DNA of 62,571 nucleotides, filler included, from Squatina squatina (Eukaryota): NCBI GenBank assembly GCA_031763465.1. It is 3 parts of 3 records of this genome, joined end to end, with 100 filler letters (N's around TTAATTAATTAA, not from the genome) between each part and the next. Parts side by side here need not be neighbours in the genome. Positions count along the whole stretch, not along the records: positions 21,820 to 43,812 come from JARFOE010000192.1; positions 43,913 to 62,571 come from JARFOE010000115.1; 1 more part is not named here. One strand, 5' to 3'. Shown piece by piece: positions 41,001 to 52,304 of this stretch (position 1 is its first letter; each line of letters starts with the position of its first letter). The notes under the pieces were generated by a model. It saw only the letters and a program-made list of their open reading frames with translations, ran no database searches and was not told where the DNA came from. The position numbers and the translations under genes were made by a program.

Positions 41001-42327
41001 TCAGGGCAAAATAAAAAATGATTGCAGGAAGCCCAGAGTCCTACTGTCCAAGAAACTTAATTAATAAAGGCCCCACAGCCTAATTCGCAGCCCTATTGAA
41101 AAATGGTAAGGTCTGAGCAGCAATGTAAACTCATCAATCGTGGGACAGAGGTTTTTTTTTGCCAGTCAGGTGGAGTCGGAGCGCGCAGACGGAGAGATAC
41201 GAGCCCGTTGGAAGGGAGCTGATAATAAATTTCACACGCTGAGCAAAGCCACTGCATCTACTAAACAGTCAACTTGGAGCTCATCCATCAGAAGGCCACA
41301 GTCCGCCACTGAATCTACGTCGCAGCTCAGGGGATGCCCTTCNNNNNNNNNNCTCAGGGCAAATAGAAAACACTTGCTAAATTGCACCTAATCTCACCGG
41401 GGGCAGGAGCAAATTGGAAAATATGCAACAAAAAGAAAATCTGCTGCATCTGTTTGAATCCAGCTCCTAAGCCATAGAGCTGGATATAATTTATACTCTT
41501 GTCATCCAAGAACAGCAATTCAGATAGGCTTCATGCAAAATTCATAGTGAAATCGGCACCTTGTTCCACTTACTGTCTCCTTCAGTTTGAATGAAAAGTA
41601 CTGTGANNNNNNNNNNNNNNNNNNNNNNNNNNNNNNNNNNNNNNNNNNNNNNNNNNNNNNNNNNNNNNNNNNNNNNNNNNNNNNNNNNNNNNNNNNNNNN
41701 NNNNNNTAAGACAGGTCCTCTCTGAGTTCGAAGCAAGTTGCAGTAAGTGGAAAATCAGTCAGAAGCCAGGGGAGCCTTTCCTTCACTTCCCTGTAACACT
41801 GCCAACCTATTAAACTGTGGGCTGTCATAAAACAAGGTTTGAATCTACCAGGCTATAAGACTGAAGGGCAGACAAACAAACTGCAGTTCTAATTCTGGTA
41901 ATTCCTGCCTAATCCTTCTTGATCAACTTACAGAAATAAATCCTATGAAAGGATAACCTTTAATAAGTGATTTACACAATAAAATGCCATTCGTGTTCAA
42001 TCGCACATGTGTATTTGCCTTGGAAAGATAACTACAAGAAAAGGGAATTGAAATTCTAAAATAAAAATGAGTTGTGCAGTATTGTGGGAAAAGAAGCCAT
42101 GAAAAAGTATCAGCGCATAATTTGCAAAATTAATAGAGTTTGCAATCATAATGTAAGATAACTGATTCAACTATAATGTTGCATTTTTAATGATTTTCAT
42201 AAAGATTTGTGCCAATTTGACTTGTGTNNNNNNNNNNNNNNNNNNNNNNNNNNNNNNNNNNNNNNNNNNNNNNNNNNNNNNNNNNNNNNNNNNNNNNNNN
42301 NNNNNNNNNNNNNNNNNNNNNNNNNNN

Positions 42328-42815
42328 TGTAATGTGGGAAACGCGGCAGCCAATTTGCACACAGTAAGCTCCCACAAACAACAATATGATCATGACCAGA
42401 TAATCAACATCACTAAAAACAGATCTGTTTGTGGGAGCTTGCTGTGCGCAAATTGGCTGCTGAGTTTCCCACATTATAACAGTGACTACACTTCAAAAGT
42501 ACTTAGTTGGCTGTAAAGCGCTTTGTGACATCTGGTGGTTGTGAAAGGTGCTATATAAATGTAAGTCTTTCTTTTAGATGCTGATTGAGGGATAAATATT
42601 GGCCAGGACATCGGGTTTCACTCCCCCTGCTCTTCTTCGAAATAGTGCCATGGGAACTTTTATGTCCACCTGAGAGAGCAGACTTGGTTTAACATCGCAT
42701 CCAAAAGACAGCACCTCTGACAGTGCAGCACTCCCTCAGCACTGCACTGGAGTGGCAGCTTAGATATTTGTGCCCAAGTCTCTGGAGGAAGACTCAAACC
42801 CACAACCTTCTGACT
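42328..42815. mobile_element. Nested DeuSINE (SacSINE1/AmnSINE1-like) copies
   Basis: Deu-domain sequence on the minus strand (gtgcagtgctgagggagtgctgcactgtcagaggtgctgtcttttggatgcgatgttaaacc...ggtggacataaaag..catggcactatttcgaagaagagcagggg), plus a plus-strand tail ending gctatataaatgtaagtctttcttt. Confidence 0.85.
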
Positions 42816-43812
42816 CACTGAAGTTAGGGCAACAAAATATATTGCTGTTGCTTCAAGACTTATCCTTCTGTGCAATATGGCATTATACACAATCATTCAT
42901 TTTTGTTTTACCCATGATGGCCGATGTAATCCTTCAGAATGATCTAAGTTTTCCATATCTGAAAATTCAATGCACTGTTGAGTGATGGCAATGGAGACGG
43001 AGTGACATCTCATCAGGCAAATGTCTTTGCTGAAAGATATATTACTGTGGGCACAAATGTGTGTTTTCTCTCTCTTTACAGTGCAATTGAACTACCACAG
43101 AGTACACTGCCATGAACTGGATAGCTGATTCATAATTTCCAATGTATTGCAGGTAAATGGTAATCATACATTCAAATTACTTTGGCAAATAGCTGCATAA
43201 AGGAAAGAAATGGGAATGCTGTAAGTAGAACTGGGACTGGTTACCAATTTTACATCCAGTGTACCTACACTACAGACAAAACTAATGCACTGGAGATAGC
43301 CAAAGATGGAACTGTGACAGATTTGAGGACATAACATGTAAACTGAGACAAGTCCCAGATTTGGCTCTTGAAATAGATTAAGCCTGTCTATAAGACAATG
43401 TCCTTCAGCCATTTTATCCATCTCCTCTTGAACTCTCGGTCAAAAACAACTTAGCCTTGTGAGCTTTGCCACTCCCTCCAAAATCTCCTTAAGATGAAAG
43501 CATCGAATGTCCATTCCACAAACGCAGGTGTGACCGAGCTGAACCTCCGGCCACCCCTGCCCCAGCCTGGAGACCCCATCCTATTTCCCTGGGACAGGAT
43601 TATTCACAATGCAATTGCGCATCGGTGGCATCCATCTCGGCCTGTCCTTGTAAGATAGATTGCCTGACAGATGCACTGTGTCTGGGATCAATCAACTTAT
43701 TCGAAGAAAAGTTAAGCAACTTTAAGATGTGAGTTCTGCTGAGGCTATTCAAAACTATGAAGGGTGAAAGCCCGGGTACTCCCACAATGCCACCCAACCC
43801 TTTGATATGGGA

Positions 43813-43912
43813 NNNNNNNNNNNNNNNNNNNNNNNNNNNNNNNNNNNNNNNNNNNNTTAATTAATTAANNNNNNNNNNNNNNNNNNNNNNNNNNNNNNNN
43901 NNNNNNNNNNNN
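43813..43912. other. Artificial scaffold linker
   Basis: 44 N + TTAATTAATTAA + 44 N, identical to the linker at 21720. Confidence 0.95.
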
Positions 43913-44234
43913 CTGACATACGACCACAAGCAATAGCAAAGAGTCTCAGGCCATGATCCCAATCCCACACACGATGATTTCCTGGCCTCGCCTGGGCTGC
44001 TGTGAAGAGATACTGGGCGCAGATTGAGGGAAGGAACACAAACAAAGCCCAGGACAGGATTTAATTTTGATTTTTTAAATATAAATATATATGTAAAAAA
44101 AAAATGCTTTTAGTATCCTAGTTTAAACACTGCTTTTCTCCAATCATGATCAGATTGACACCTGTACAAGAGTTTCTGAAAGAAGCAATTAATTCATTTT
44201 ATTTTAGTCAGTGAAACGAGTCTCTTATTCTTAC

Positions 44235-44618
44235 CTCTAATGCTGAGGAAAACCTGTGCCTCAGTGTTTTGCGATTGGCTGGCGACAGAGAGTCTGTAGA
44301 TTCCCGAGTCAGACAGAGTCACGTTCCTCAATCTCAGGGACACGTTGCCTTTAGGGATCTCACTGACAAAGACCTCGGCTCTGTCTCGGTAGCTGGGGCC
44401 CTGCTCTCCCAGGCTGCTCTGGCTCATCGTGTAATTGTAGACTATCCCCATGGTATCCGCCTTCTTCCAAACGAAAGCCACACTGCCGGCCTTGTTTCTG
44501 GAGTAAAACTGACAGTGGATAACGTCATCTTCTCCGGCCTTGGCTGTGACCTGCTCCTCACGGTCGAATGACCGCTGCTTTGTCCGGTTGTCCGACCTGT
44601 GCTTCATCCCAGTCTGCT
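44235..44618 (-). CDS. Ig V-set exon of a B7/butyrophilin-like protein (5' end at gap)
   Basis: ...VTAKAGEDDVIHCQF...FVWKK...EQGPSYRDRAEVFVSEIPKGNVSLRLRNVTLSDSGIYRLSV...VFLSIR G|gtaag. Phase-1 donor; B7/BTN-type QxxxYRxRxxxF and GNVSLRLxNVxxSDxGxY motifs. Confidence 0.85.
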
Positions 44619-45009
44619 NNNNNNNNNNGTATAATCGAAAAATTCAAGAGCGGATTACTTCATTGCTACAGTCAATGCACAGCTCCGAATGGCACCTCCT
44701 GTTACCTTACAATGTGCTCAGAACCCTTAATAGGAGGCCATTCAGCCCCTCGGGCCTGCTCCGGCATTCTATTAGATCATGTCTGATCTGCACCTCAACT
44801 CAATTTTCCTTTGCTCTGTATCCCATTGATAAAGGCCCCTTCAGGTAACTGCATGGTGTTCTTTCAAACTCTGGTACATAAATTGACATCTAGCTCGGAC
44901 TGAGGGCAGNNNNNNNNNNNNNNNNNNNNNNNNNNNNNNNNNNNNNNNNNNNNNNNNNNNNNNNNNNNNNNNNNNNNNNNNNNNNNNNNNNNNNNNNNNN
45001 NNNNNNNNN

Positions 45010-46656
45010 CGGTAGAGACGCCGTAGTCAGTGGCCGCCTCCTCGCCCAAAAGGCCAAGCTGTTGGCCACGGCCCTGGGCAAACCTGATTTTCACCCCTCA
45101 GAGGGCTGGCTCCAGAGATGGAAATCTCGGCACAACATCGTGTTCCGACGGCCACAGGGAGAGAAGCACACCTCTGGCGGGAGAGGCGCAGAGCAGTGGA
45201 TGGAAGAGGTGTTGCCTGGGCTGCTAGAAGGCTACGGACCCCGGGACATCTTTAATTGCGACGAGACCGGTGTTTTCTACAGATGCATTGGATACGGCGC
45301 CTTGTCCTCGCGAGGTGAAGCACCCCCCTGCCAAAAGAGAGCCAGGGAAAGACTTTCCATCATGGCCTGCTGCAACATGGACGGCAGCGAGAAATGCGAT
45401 CTGCTGGTGATTGGAAAGGCGCAGAACCCTCGCTGCTTCCGAGGCGTCCATCACCTGCCTGTGACCTACCGGGCGAGCAAGACCGCCTGGATGACGGGGG
45501 ACATTTTCTGTGAATGGGTACGCCAGTGGGATCGCAGGCTGATGGGTCGCCGAATTGTCCTGATCCTCGATAACTTTTCTGGGCACTCTCGCGTCTCTGG
45601 ACTGAGGAACATCCATCTTGTGTTCCCCCCTGCCGACACTGCCTGTCTGCCCCAGCCCATGGAGCAGGGCATCATCTACTGTATGAAGCAGCATTACATC
45701 AAGGCAATGAGGGAGAATGTCCTCGAAGAGATGGACAGTAAAGGGGAGCTGACTGCAGCCCAGTGCGTAAAGAAAATCTCGCTTTTGGATGCTGTTCGTC
45801 TACTGAAAGACTCCTGGGACTCCATTGATCAGCCAACCATCCAGTGTTGCTTCAAGAAAGCAGGCTTTCTAATGACCGATGGCGAGAGTGTGGGGGAAGC
45901 GCAGGCCGTGACGGCGCCGGATGGGATGTCGGAGGAAGAATTCTCTCACCTGTGTCACCTCGGGGACCAGAACGCTCCATACGAAGCTGAGATGGACGAC
46001 ATCGGAGAGGTGGTGGATGCGATGCGAGTCCAAAAGCAAGAGGAGGGGGAGCAGGATCCGGACAGCGAAGAGAGTCTGGTCACGCCGGCAGATGTGCGCT
46101 CAGCGGTTCTCACACTGCGCCGTGCTATGGAGCAGCACCCTGATATAAAACCAGACTGGGAGGCCCTGCGAATGGTCGACCTCGTCTGGCGTCCATACTG
46201 CCTGAGGAAGACCGTTCAAACAAGGATCCCACAATTCTTCGGAGACTCGTAGAACTGATGCACAATCTTAGCATTTTTAATGTAGATAAATGCTTCATTG
46301 CAATTTTAATTTTTTTTAATTTTTAAAACAGTTTTACCTTTTAATTTTTTTCATAGAATCATATAGCAGAGAAGGAGGCCATTCAGCTCATTATGCTTAT
46401 ACCGACTCTTAGAAAGAGCTGTCCAATTAGTGCCACACCCTTGCTCTTTCCATACAGCCCTGTACATTTATCCTTTTTTTAAAATATGTATTTAACATTG
46501 TGTTTTCAATAAAGCTAGTTGCATCGCACCCAGTTTTGTTTAACATTCTTGTTATACAGTGGAGTGCTAAATTGCGTTACCTTGATATACCAGCCATCAT
46601 GTATAGTCGGCAAGTCGCGCTAGCACCAGTGTGCCCACTATAACTGGTGGGGACTG
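45010..46656 (+). mobile_element. Tigger/pogo-family DNA transposon (5' end lost in gap), including its 3' terminus
   Basis: Transposase ORF, then AATAAA at about 46508, then a pogo-type right end ...cactataactggtggggactg at 46656 (reverse complement begins CAGT). Confidence 0.8.
45011..46252 (+). CDS. Tigger/pogo transposase (CENP-B HTH plus DDE_1), TIGD4/6-like
   Basis: Open from the gap: GRDAVVSGRLLAQKAKLLATALGKPDFHPSEGWLQRWKSRHNI...IFNCDETG...NMDGSEK...IGKAQNPRCF...AWMT...LILDNFSGH...QPMEQGII...CFKKAG...QTRIPQFF. No stops or frameshifts. Confidence 0.92.
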   Translation, partial: GRDAVVSGRLLAQKAKLLATALGKPDFHPSEGWLQRWKSRHNIVFRRPQGEKHTSGGRGAEQWMEEVLPGLLEGYGPRDIFNCDETGVFYRCIGYGALSSRGEAPPCQKRARERLSIMACCNMDGSEKCDLLVIGKAQNPRCFRGVHHLPVTYRASKTAWMTGDIFCEWVRQWDRRLMGRRIVLILDNFSGHSRVSGLRNIHLVFPPADTACLPQPMEQGIIYCMKQHYIKAMRENVLEEMDSKGELTAAQCVKKISLLDAVRLLKDSWDSIDQPTIQCCFKKAGFLMTDGESVGEAQAVTAPDGMSEEEFSHLCHLGDQNAPYEAEMDDIGEVVDAMRVQKQEEGEQDPDSEESLVTPADVRSAVLTLRRAMEQHPDIKPDWEALRMVDLVWRPYCLRKTVQTRIPQFFGDS

Positions 46657-46897
46657 TGAAGTTTTAAAGGGTACTGTTGAGGGAATGTAGGAGATGCAGC
46701 AGCCAATTTGCACACAGCAAAGTCCCACAAACAGCAACATGACCAGATGTTAGCGAAGGAATAAATATCAGATTAATATCTCATCTGAAAGACGGCNNNN
46801 NNNNNNNNNNNNNNNNNNNNNNNNNNNNNNNNNNNNNNNNNNNNNNNNNNNNNNNNNNNNNNNNNNNNNNNNNNNNNNNNNNNNNNNNNNNNNNNNA

Positions 46898-47671
46898 TCT
46901 GAGGACACCAAGCTCAGTCTGAATAAACTGGTAGACCGCTCAACCGGCGGTCTGAGCTCTGACACCTCCAGGCTCATGTTCCAGAGGATTAAAACCGAGA
47001 TTAACCTGGAGGAGGACTGCAGCCCGAAGCAAGCAGCCCTCACCTTGTGCAGAAAGGGGATTGCCATCTGTGAGAAGCTGGAGGAGATCAGCCAGTGCGA
47101 AAAGCCTAGTGAAGAGCAGATAGAGAGCAGGGCCACGAGGATCAGCGAGCGGTCTGGCAAAGTGCTGAAGGTCAGCGCAGGGTGCACCATCTCCAGCGGC
47201 TCTTCTGTGCTCCCCCCGAGTGCCCCAAACCTGTCGCGTGCGTCTGAGCTCCGGGATCCTGAGGACAAGAGCATGGTACAAACCATTGTGACACAGGCCA
47301 GGTTCAAGATCGAGAATGCAAAAGTACACTTGGACAGCACCCGGGCAGAGTACGAGAAGAGCTTCCAAGAATTGAAGCAGAGCAACAAAGAGTTGGACGA
47401 GCTCCTGATCATGATGAGGAAATGCCAGGTGACGAAGATCGACTTCAACACCACGCTGACGATGTTGGCTCGGGGCCTGGACGCGTTGGGCCGGGTGAGA
47501 GAACAGTGGACCAAGATGATCTACTTCTTTGAGATGGTTTCCAACTTGATCCACATTTGCCTCACCAAGTCCCTGAAAAAGTTCACCGTGCACAGTGAAG
47601 CAATCCAAGGAATCGAGGGCTACAGCCAGAAAAAGCTCATCCAAGACTTAATTTATGCCCAAGCCTTTCAG
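46898..47671 (+). CDS. Uncharacterised coiled-coil/alpha-helical protein fragment (alpha-pore-forming-toxin-like candidate)
   Basis: 258 uninterrupted codons from gap to gap with GC3-rich codon usage. Heptad-rich segment ARFKIENAKVHLDSTRAEYEKSFQELKQSNKELDELL, followed by LARGLDALGRVREQWTKMIYFFEMVSNLI. The toxin-fold assignment is inference. Confidence 0.8.
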
Positions 47672-47771
47672 NNNNNNNNNNNNNNNNNNNNNNNNNNNNN
47701 NNNNNNNNNNNNNNNNNNNNNNNNNNNNNNNNNNNNNNNNNNNNNNNNNNNNNNNNNNNNNNNNNNNNNNN

Positions 47772-48618
47772 CTCAGACACACAGAACAACACCCACAGAC
47801 AGACACCCACAGAATCAGACACCCACAGACCGAGACCCACAGACAGACACCCAGAGACCGAGACCCACAGTCCGAGACCCACAGACTGACACCCACAGAC
47901 TGAGACGCACAGACTGACACCCACAGACCGAGACCCACAGACTGACACCCACAGACAGACACCCACAGACTGAGACCGAGACAGGCACCCACAGTCCGAG
48001 ACCCACAGATTGAGACACACAAACCGAGACCCACAGACTGAGCACCACAGACTGCGACCCACAAATCAACACCCACAGGCTGACACCCACAGACTGAGAC
48101 CCACAGACCGAGACACACAGACAGACACCCACAGACCGAGACCCATAGACTCAGACCCACAGACTCAGACACACAGATTGAGAACCACAGACTGACACCC
48201 AGAGACCGAGACCCAGAGACCGAGACGCACAGACTGACACCCACAGACCGAGACCCACAGAGCGAGACCCACAGTCAGACACCCACAGACAGACACCCAC
48301 AGACCGAGACCCACAGACAGCCACCCACAGACACACACCCACAGACTGAGAGCCACAGACCGAGAAACACAGACTGACACCCAGAGACTGAGACCCACAG
48401 ACCGAGACCCACAGTCCGAGACCCACAGACACAGACCCACAGACTCAGACACACAGACTGAGACCCAGAGACCGAGACCCACAGACCGAGATGCAAAGAC
48501 TGACACCCACAGACCGAGACAAACAGACTGACACCCACAGACAGACACCCACAGACTGAGACCGAGACAGACACCCACAGAGCGAGACCCACAGACTGAC
48601 ACCGAGACAGACACCCCT
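47772..48618. repeat. Minisatellite with a 14-bp core (ACCCACAGAC[TC]GAG / ACCCACAGACTGAC)
   Basis: Roughly 60 degenerate units with 12-bp variants; source of the spurious repetitive ORFs here. Confidence 0.95.
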
Positions 48619-48767
48619 CAATCTCACCGATCCACCGTTCTCCCCATACCCCTCAATCTCACCGATCNNNNNNNNNNNNNNNNNNNNNNNNNNNNNNNNN
48701 NNNNNNNNNNNNNNNNNNNNNNNNNNNNNNNNNNNNNNNNNNNNNNNNNNNNNNNNNNNNNNNNNNN

Positions 48768-50670
48768 GGGACAAGGGATGGAGGGATAGATACATTGGAG
48801 GGCAAGGGCTGGAGAGATAGGTAAATTGAGGGACAAGGGATGGAGGGATAGATACATTGGAGGGCAAGGGCTGGAGAGATAGGTAAATTGAGGGACAAGG
48901 GATGGAGGGATAGATACATTGGAGGGCAAGGGCTGGAGAGATAGGTAAATTGAGGGACAAGGGATGGAGGGATAGATACATTGGAGGGCAAGGGCTGGAG
49001 AGATAGGTAAATTGAGGGACAAGGGATGGAAGGATAGACACACTGAGGGACAAGGGATGGAGGGATAGACACAGTGAGGGACAAGGGATGGAGGGATACA
49101 TACAGTGAGGGACAAGGGATGGAGGGATAGACGCAATGGAGACAAAAGATGAAAGGGATAGATACACTGAGGGACAGGGGATGGAGGGATGGACACATTG
49201 AGGGACAAGGAATGAAGGGAAAGACACACTGGGGGAGAAGGGCGGGAGGGATAGACACACTGAGGGACAGAGGATGGAGGGATAGACTCATTGAGGTACA
49301 GAGGATGGAGGGATAGTTACACTGTGGGACAAGGGATGGAGGGATGATACACTGAGGGACATAGGATGGAGGGATAGATAAAATGCGGGACCATTGATGG
49401 AGGGATAGATAAACTGAGGGACAAGGGTTGGAGGGATAGATACACTGAGGGACAAGTGATGGGGTTATAGATACACTGAGGGGCAAGGCGTGGAGGGATA
49501 GATACACTGAGGGACAAGGCATAGAGGGATAGATACACTGAGGGACAAGGCATAGAGGGATAGACATACTGAGGGAGAAGGGATGGAGGGATAGACACAC
49601 TGAGGATGAAGGTATGGAGGGAAAGACACACTGGGGTAGAAGGGATGGAGAGATAGATACAATGAGGGACAAGGGATGGAGGGATAGATACAATGGAGGA
49701 CAAGTAATGGAGGGATAGATACACTGAGGGAGAAGGGATGGAGGGATAGTGACACTGAGGGAGAAGGGACGGAGGGATAGATACAATGGAGACAAAAGAT
49801 GGAGGGATAGATACACTGAGTGACAGGGGATGGAGGGATGGACAAATTGAGGGACAAGGAATGAAGGGATAGATAAACTGAGGGAGAAGGGATGGAGGGA
49901 TAGACACATTGAGGGACAAGGAATGAAGGGATAGATACACTGAGGGACAAGGCATGGAGGGATAGACACACTGAGGGAGAAGGTATGGAGGGATAGATAC
50001 ACTGGGGGAGAAGGGATGGAGGGATAGATACACTGAGGTACAGAGGATGGAGGGATAGATACATTGAGGGACAAGGGATGGAGGGATAGACACACTGAGT
50101 GACGTGGGTGGAGGGATAGATATACTGAGGGACGGGAATGGAGGGATGGACACATTGGAGGAAAAGGGTTGGAGGGATAGACAAACTGAAGGGGAATGGA
50201 TGGAGGGATAGATACACAAATTACGTGGATGGAGGGCTCGATATACTGAGGGATGGGAATGGCGGGATACACACATTGGAGGAAAAGGGTTGGAGGGATA
50301 GATACACTGAGGGACAAGGGATGGAGCGATAGATACACTGAGGGACAAGGGATGGAGGGATAGATACACTGAGGGACAAGGGATGGAGGGATAGACACAC
50401 TGAGGGACAAGGGATGGAGGGATAGATACACTGAGGTACAGAGGATGGAGGGATAGTTACACTGATGGACAAGGGATGGAGGGATAGACACACTGAGGTA
50501 CAGAGGATCGAGGGATAGACACACTGAGGGACAAGGGATGGAGGGATTGATACACTGAGGGACAAGGGATGGAGGGATCGATAAACTGAGGGACAAGGGA
50601 TGGAGGGTTAGATTCACTGAGGGAGAAGGGATGGAGGGATCGATAAACTGAGGGACAGAGGATGGCGGAA
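48768..50670. repeat. 31-bp purine-rich minisatellite (TGAGGGACAAGGGATGGAGGGATAGATACAC)
   Basis: About 60 copies; the first ~250 bp form a near-perfect 62-bp dimer repeated about 4 times. Confidence 0.95.
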
Positions 50671-51706
50671 TCGACACTGGAGCTGGACTCAGTGAAGAAT
50701 TAATAACAGCAGCTGTAAACACACTGCTGTCACTCTGCTTGTTGTCTTTGTCTCTAACTAACAAATTAGTTCTGATGTCATTTTGTGTGTGACAGCAAAA
50801 TAACGTGATCCAACAACTGGCCCTAAAGCAGAATATTTCCACAATTCAGGTCACAAATCAGAAATCACAATTTTTGGTAAATACAATTTCTGCATCTGCC
50901 TGGCGATTATTGTGTTGTAAGATGAGAAGCAGATCGGGTAGAGCAGAGCTCTGTCTCAGGCTGATAGATTGCTGTGTCAGAGAGCCCCCGGGAGTGGTGC
51001 TATGATTGAATTAATAACAACATGAACACGCAGACAGGAACTGATAGCCTCTGGGAGAAGTCTCAACAGATCAGAAATGTTACAGAAAAGGAGATTGGAT
51101 TGTGTGTGCACACCGCTGAGGAAATGCCTTTTAACAGCACTTCTTCTCAAATCTCCTCAGGGCGAAGTGTCACTGTCAGGGGCCCTTTTCAAATGGGAGT
51201 CCAACACTTGGCTCCATTCTCTATTCTGAACTCCACTTCCTGTGAAGACTGGAGACCATTTGCCTGTTTCTTTTCAGATATATACTTGGGGTAGGAAGGA
51301 GAATGTGCACAGATCGTATATGCTTGTATATTTCACATTCAATAACAATGGTGATGGATAGTAAGTATAGACACAGGAATATAAACATCAGCCTCCATTT
51401 CCTTGCGTATTCCTATCCCATTTGCAACCTGAGTGATCTTAGGAACATCTAGGGTTATCACTAAGGTCTTTATTTCAACTAAAGTCATGCCTGGGAGGTA
51501 GTTATAATAACAGCTCCATTATGCTGAATGACGAAAGACAGCAGACACCAATTGAAGGGCAATTTTAACTCCTGGATAGGAAAGCAGCCTAGCGTGTGGC
51601 TGGCCCTTCCGGGAGTGGCAGCGGGAGGCCCATCCAATTTTAACAGCCGGGCCTCATAAGCATGCAGCTGGCTGACTTCCCGGCTGTTAAAATTGGGCTG
51701 CCTGAG

Positions 51707-52102
51707 GCCCCCAGCACTGGAGACCAGAGGGAACGGCCCCCAGCACTGGAGACTAGAAGGAACAGTCCCCAGCACTGGAGACCAGAAGGAACACTCCCCA
51801 GCACTGGAGACCAGAGGGAACGGTCCCCAGCACTGGAGACCAGAAGGGAAAGTCCCCAGCACTGGAGACCAGAGGAAACAGTCCCCAGCACGAGAGACCA
51901 GAGGGAATGCTCCCCAGCACTGGAAACCAGAAGGAACAGCCCCCAGCACTGGAGACCAGAAGGAACAGCCCCCAGCACTGGAGACCAGAGGGAACGGTCC
52001 CCAGCACTGGAGACCAGAAGGAACGGTCCCCAGTACTGGAGACCAGAGGGAACGCTCCCCAGCACTGGAAACCAGAGGGAATGGTCCCCGGCACTGGAGA
52101 TC
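51707..52102. repeat. 29-bp minisatellite (CCCCAGCACTGGAGACCAGA[AG]GGAACRGY)
   Basis: cagcactgg recurs at 51712, 51741, 51770 and onward; about 14 copies up to the gap. Confidence 0.95.
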
Positions 52103-52304
52103 NNNNNNNNNNNNNNNNNNNNNNNNNNNNNNNNNNNNNNNNNNNNNNNNNNNNNNNNNNNNNNNNNNNNNNNNNNNNNNNNNNNNNNNNNNNNNNNNNN
52201 NNTTAGGATTGAAAGAATACAATTTCAGACACGAGGAGGATGCAAACAATAGTAGAAAAACTTGCAGAACTCAATTAAAAAATTTGTTAACAAAGACATT
52301 GAAG

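Noticed and set aside
45224-45694. Minus-strand 156-aa ORF
   Set aside because: Antisense shadow of the Tigger transposase.
46768-47644. Minus-strand ORFs of 248 and 234 aa
   Set aside because: Antisense shadows of the GC3-rich plus-strand ORF.
47637-50842. Long ORFs (up to 727 aa) rich in SVCG/PSIP repeats
   Set aside because: They are translations of the 14-bp and 31-bp minisatellites and are open in several frames at once.
51707-52102. CRISPR-like 29-bp repeat array
   Set aside because: The units are head-to-tail with no unique spacers, there are no cas genes, and the context is vertebrate.
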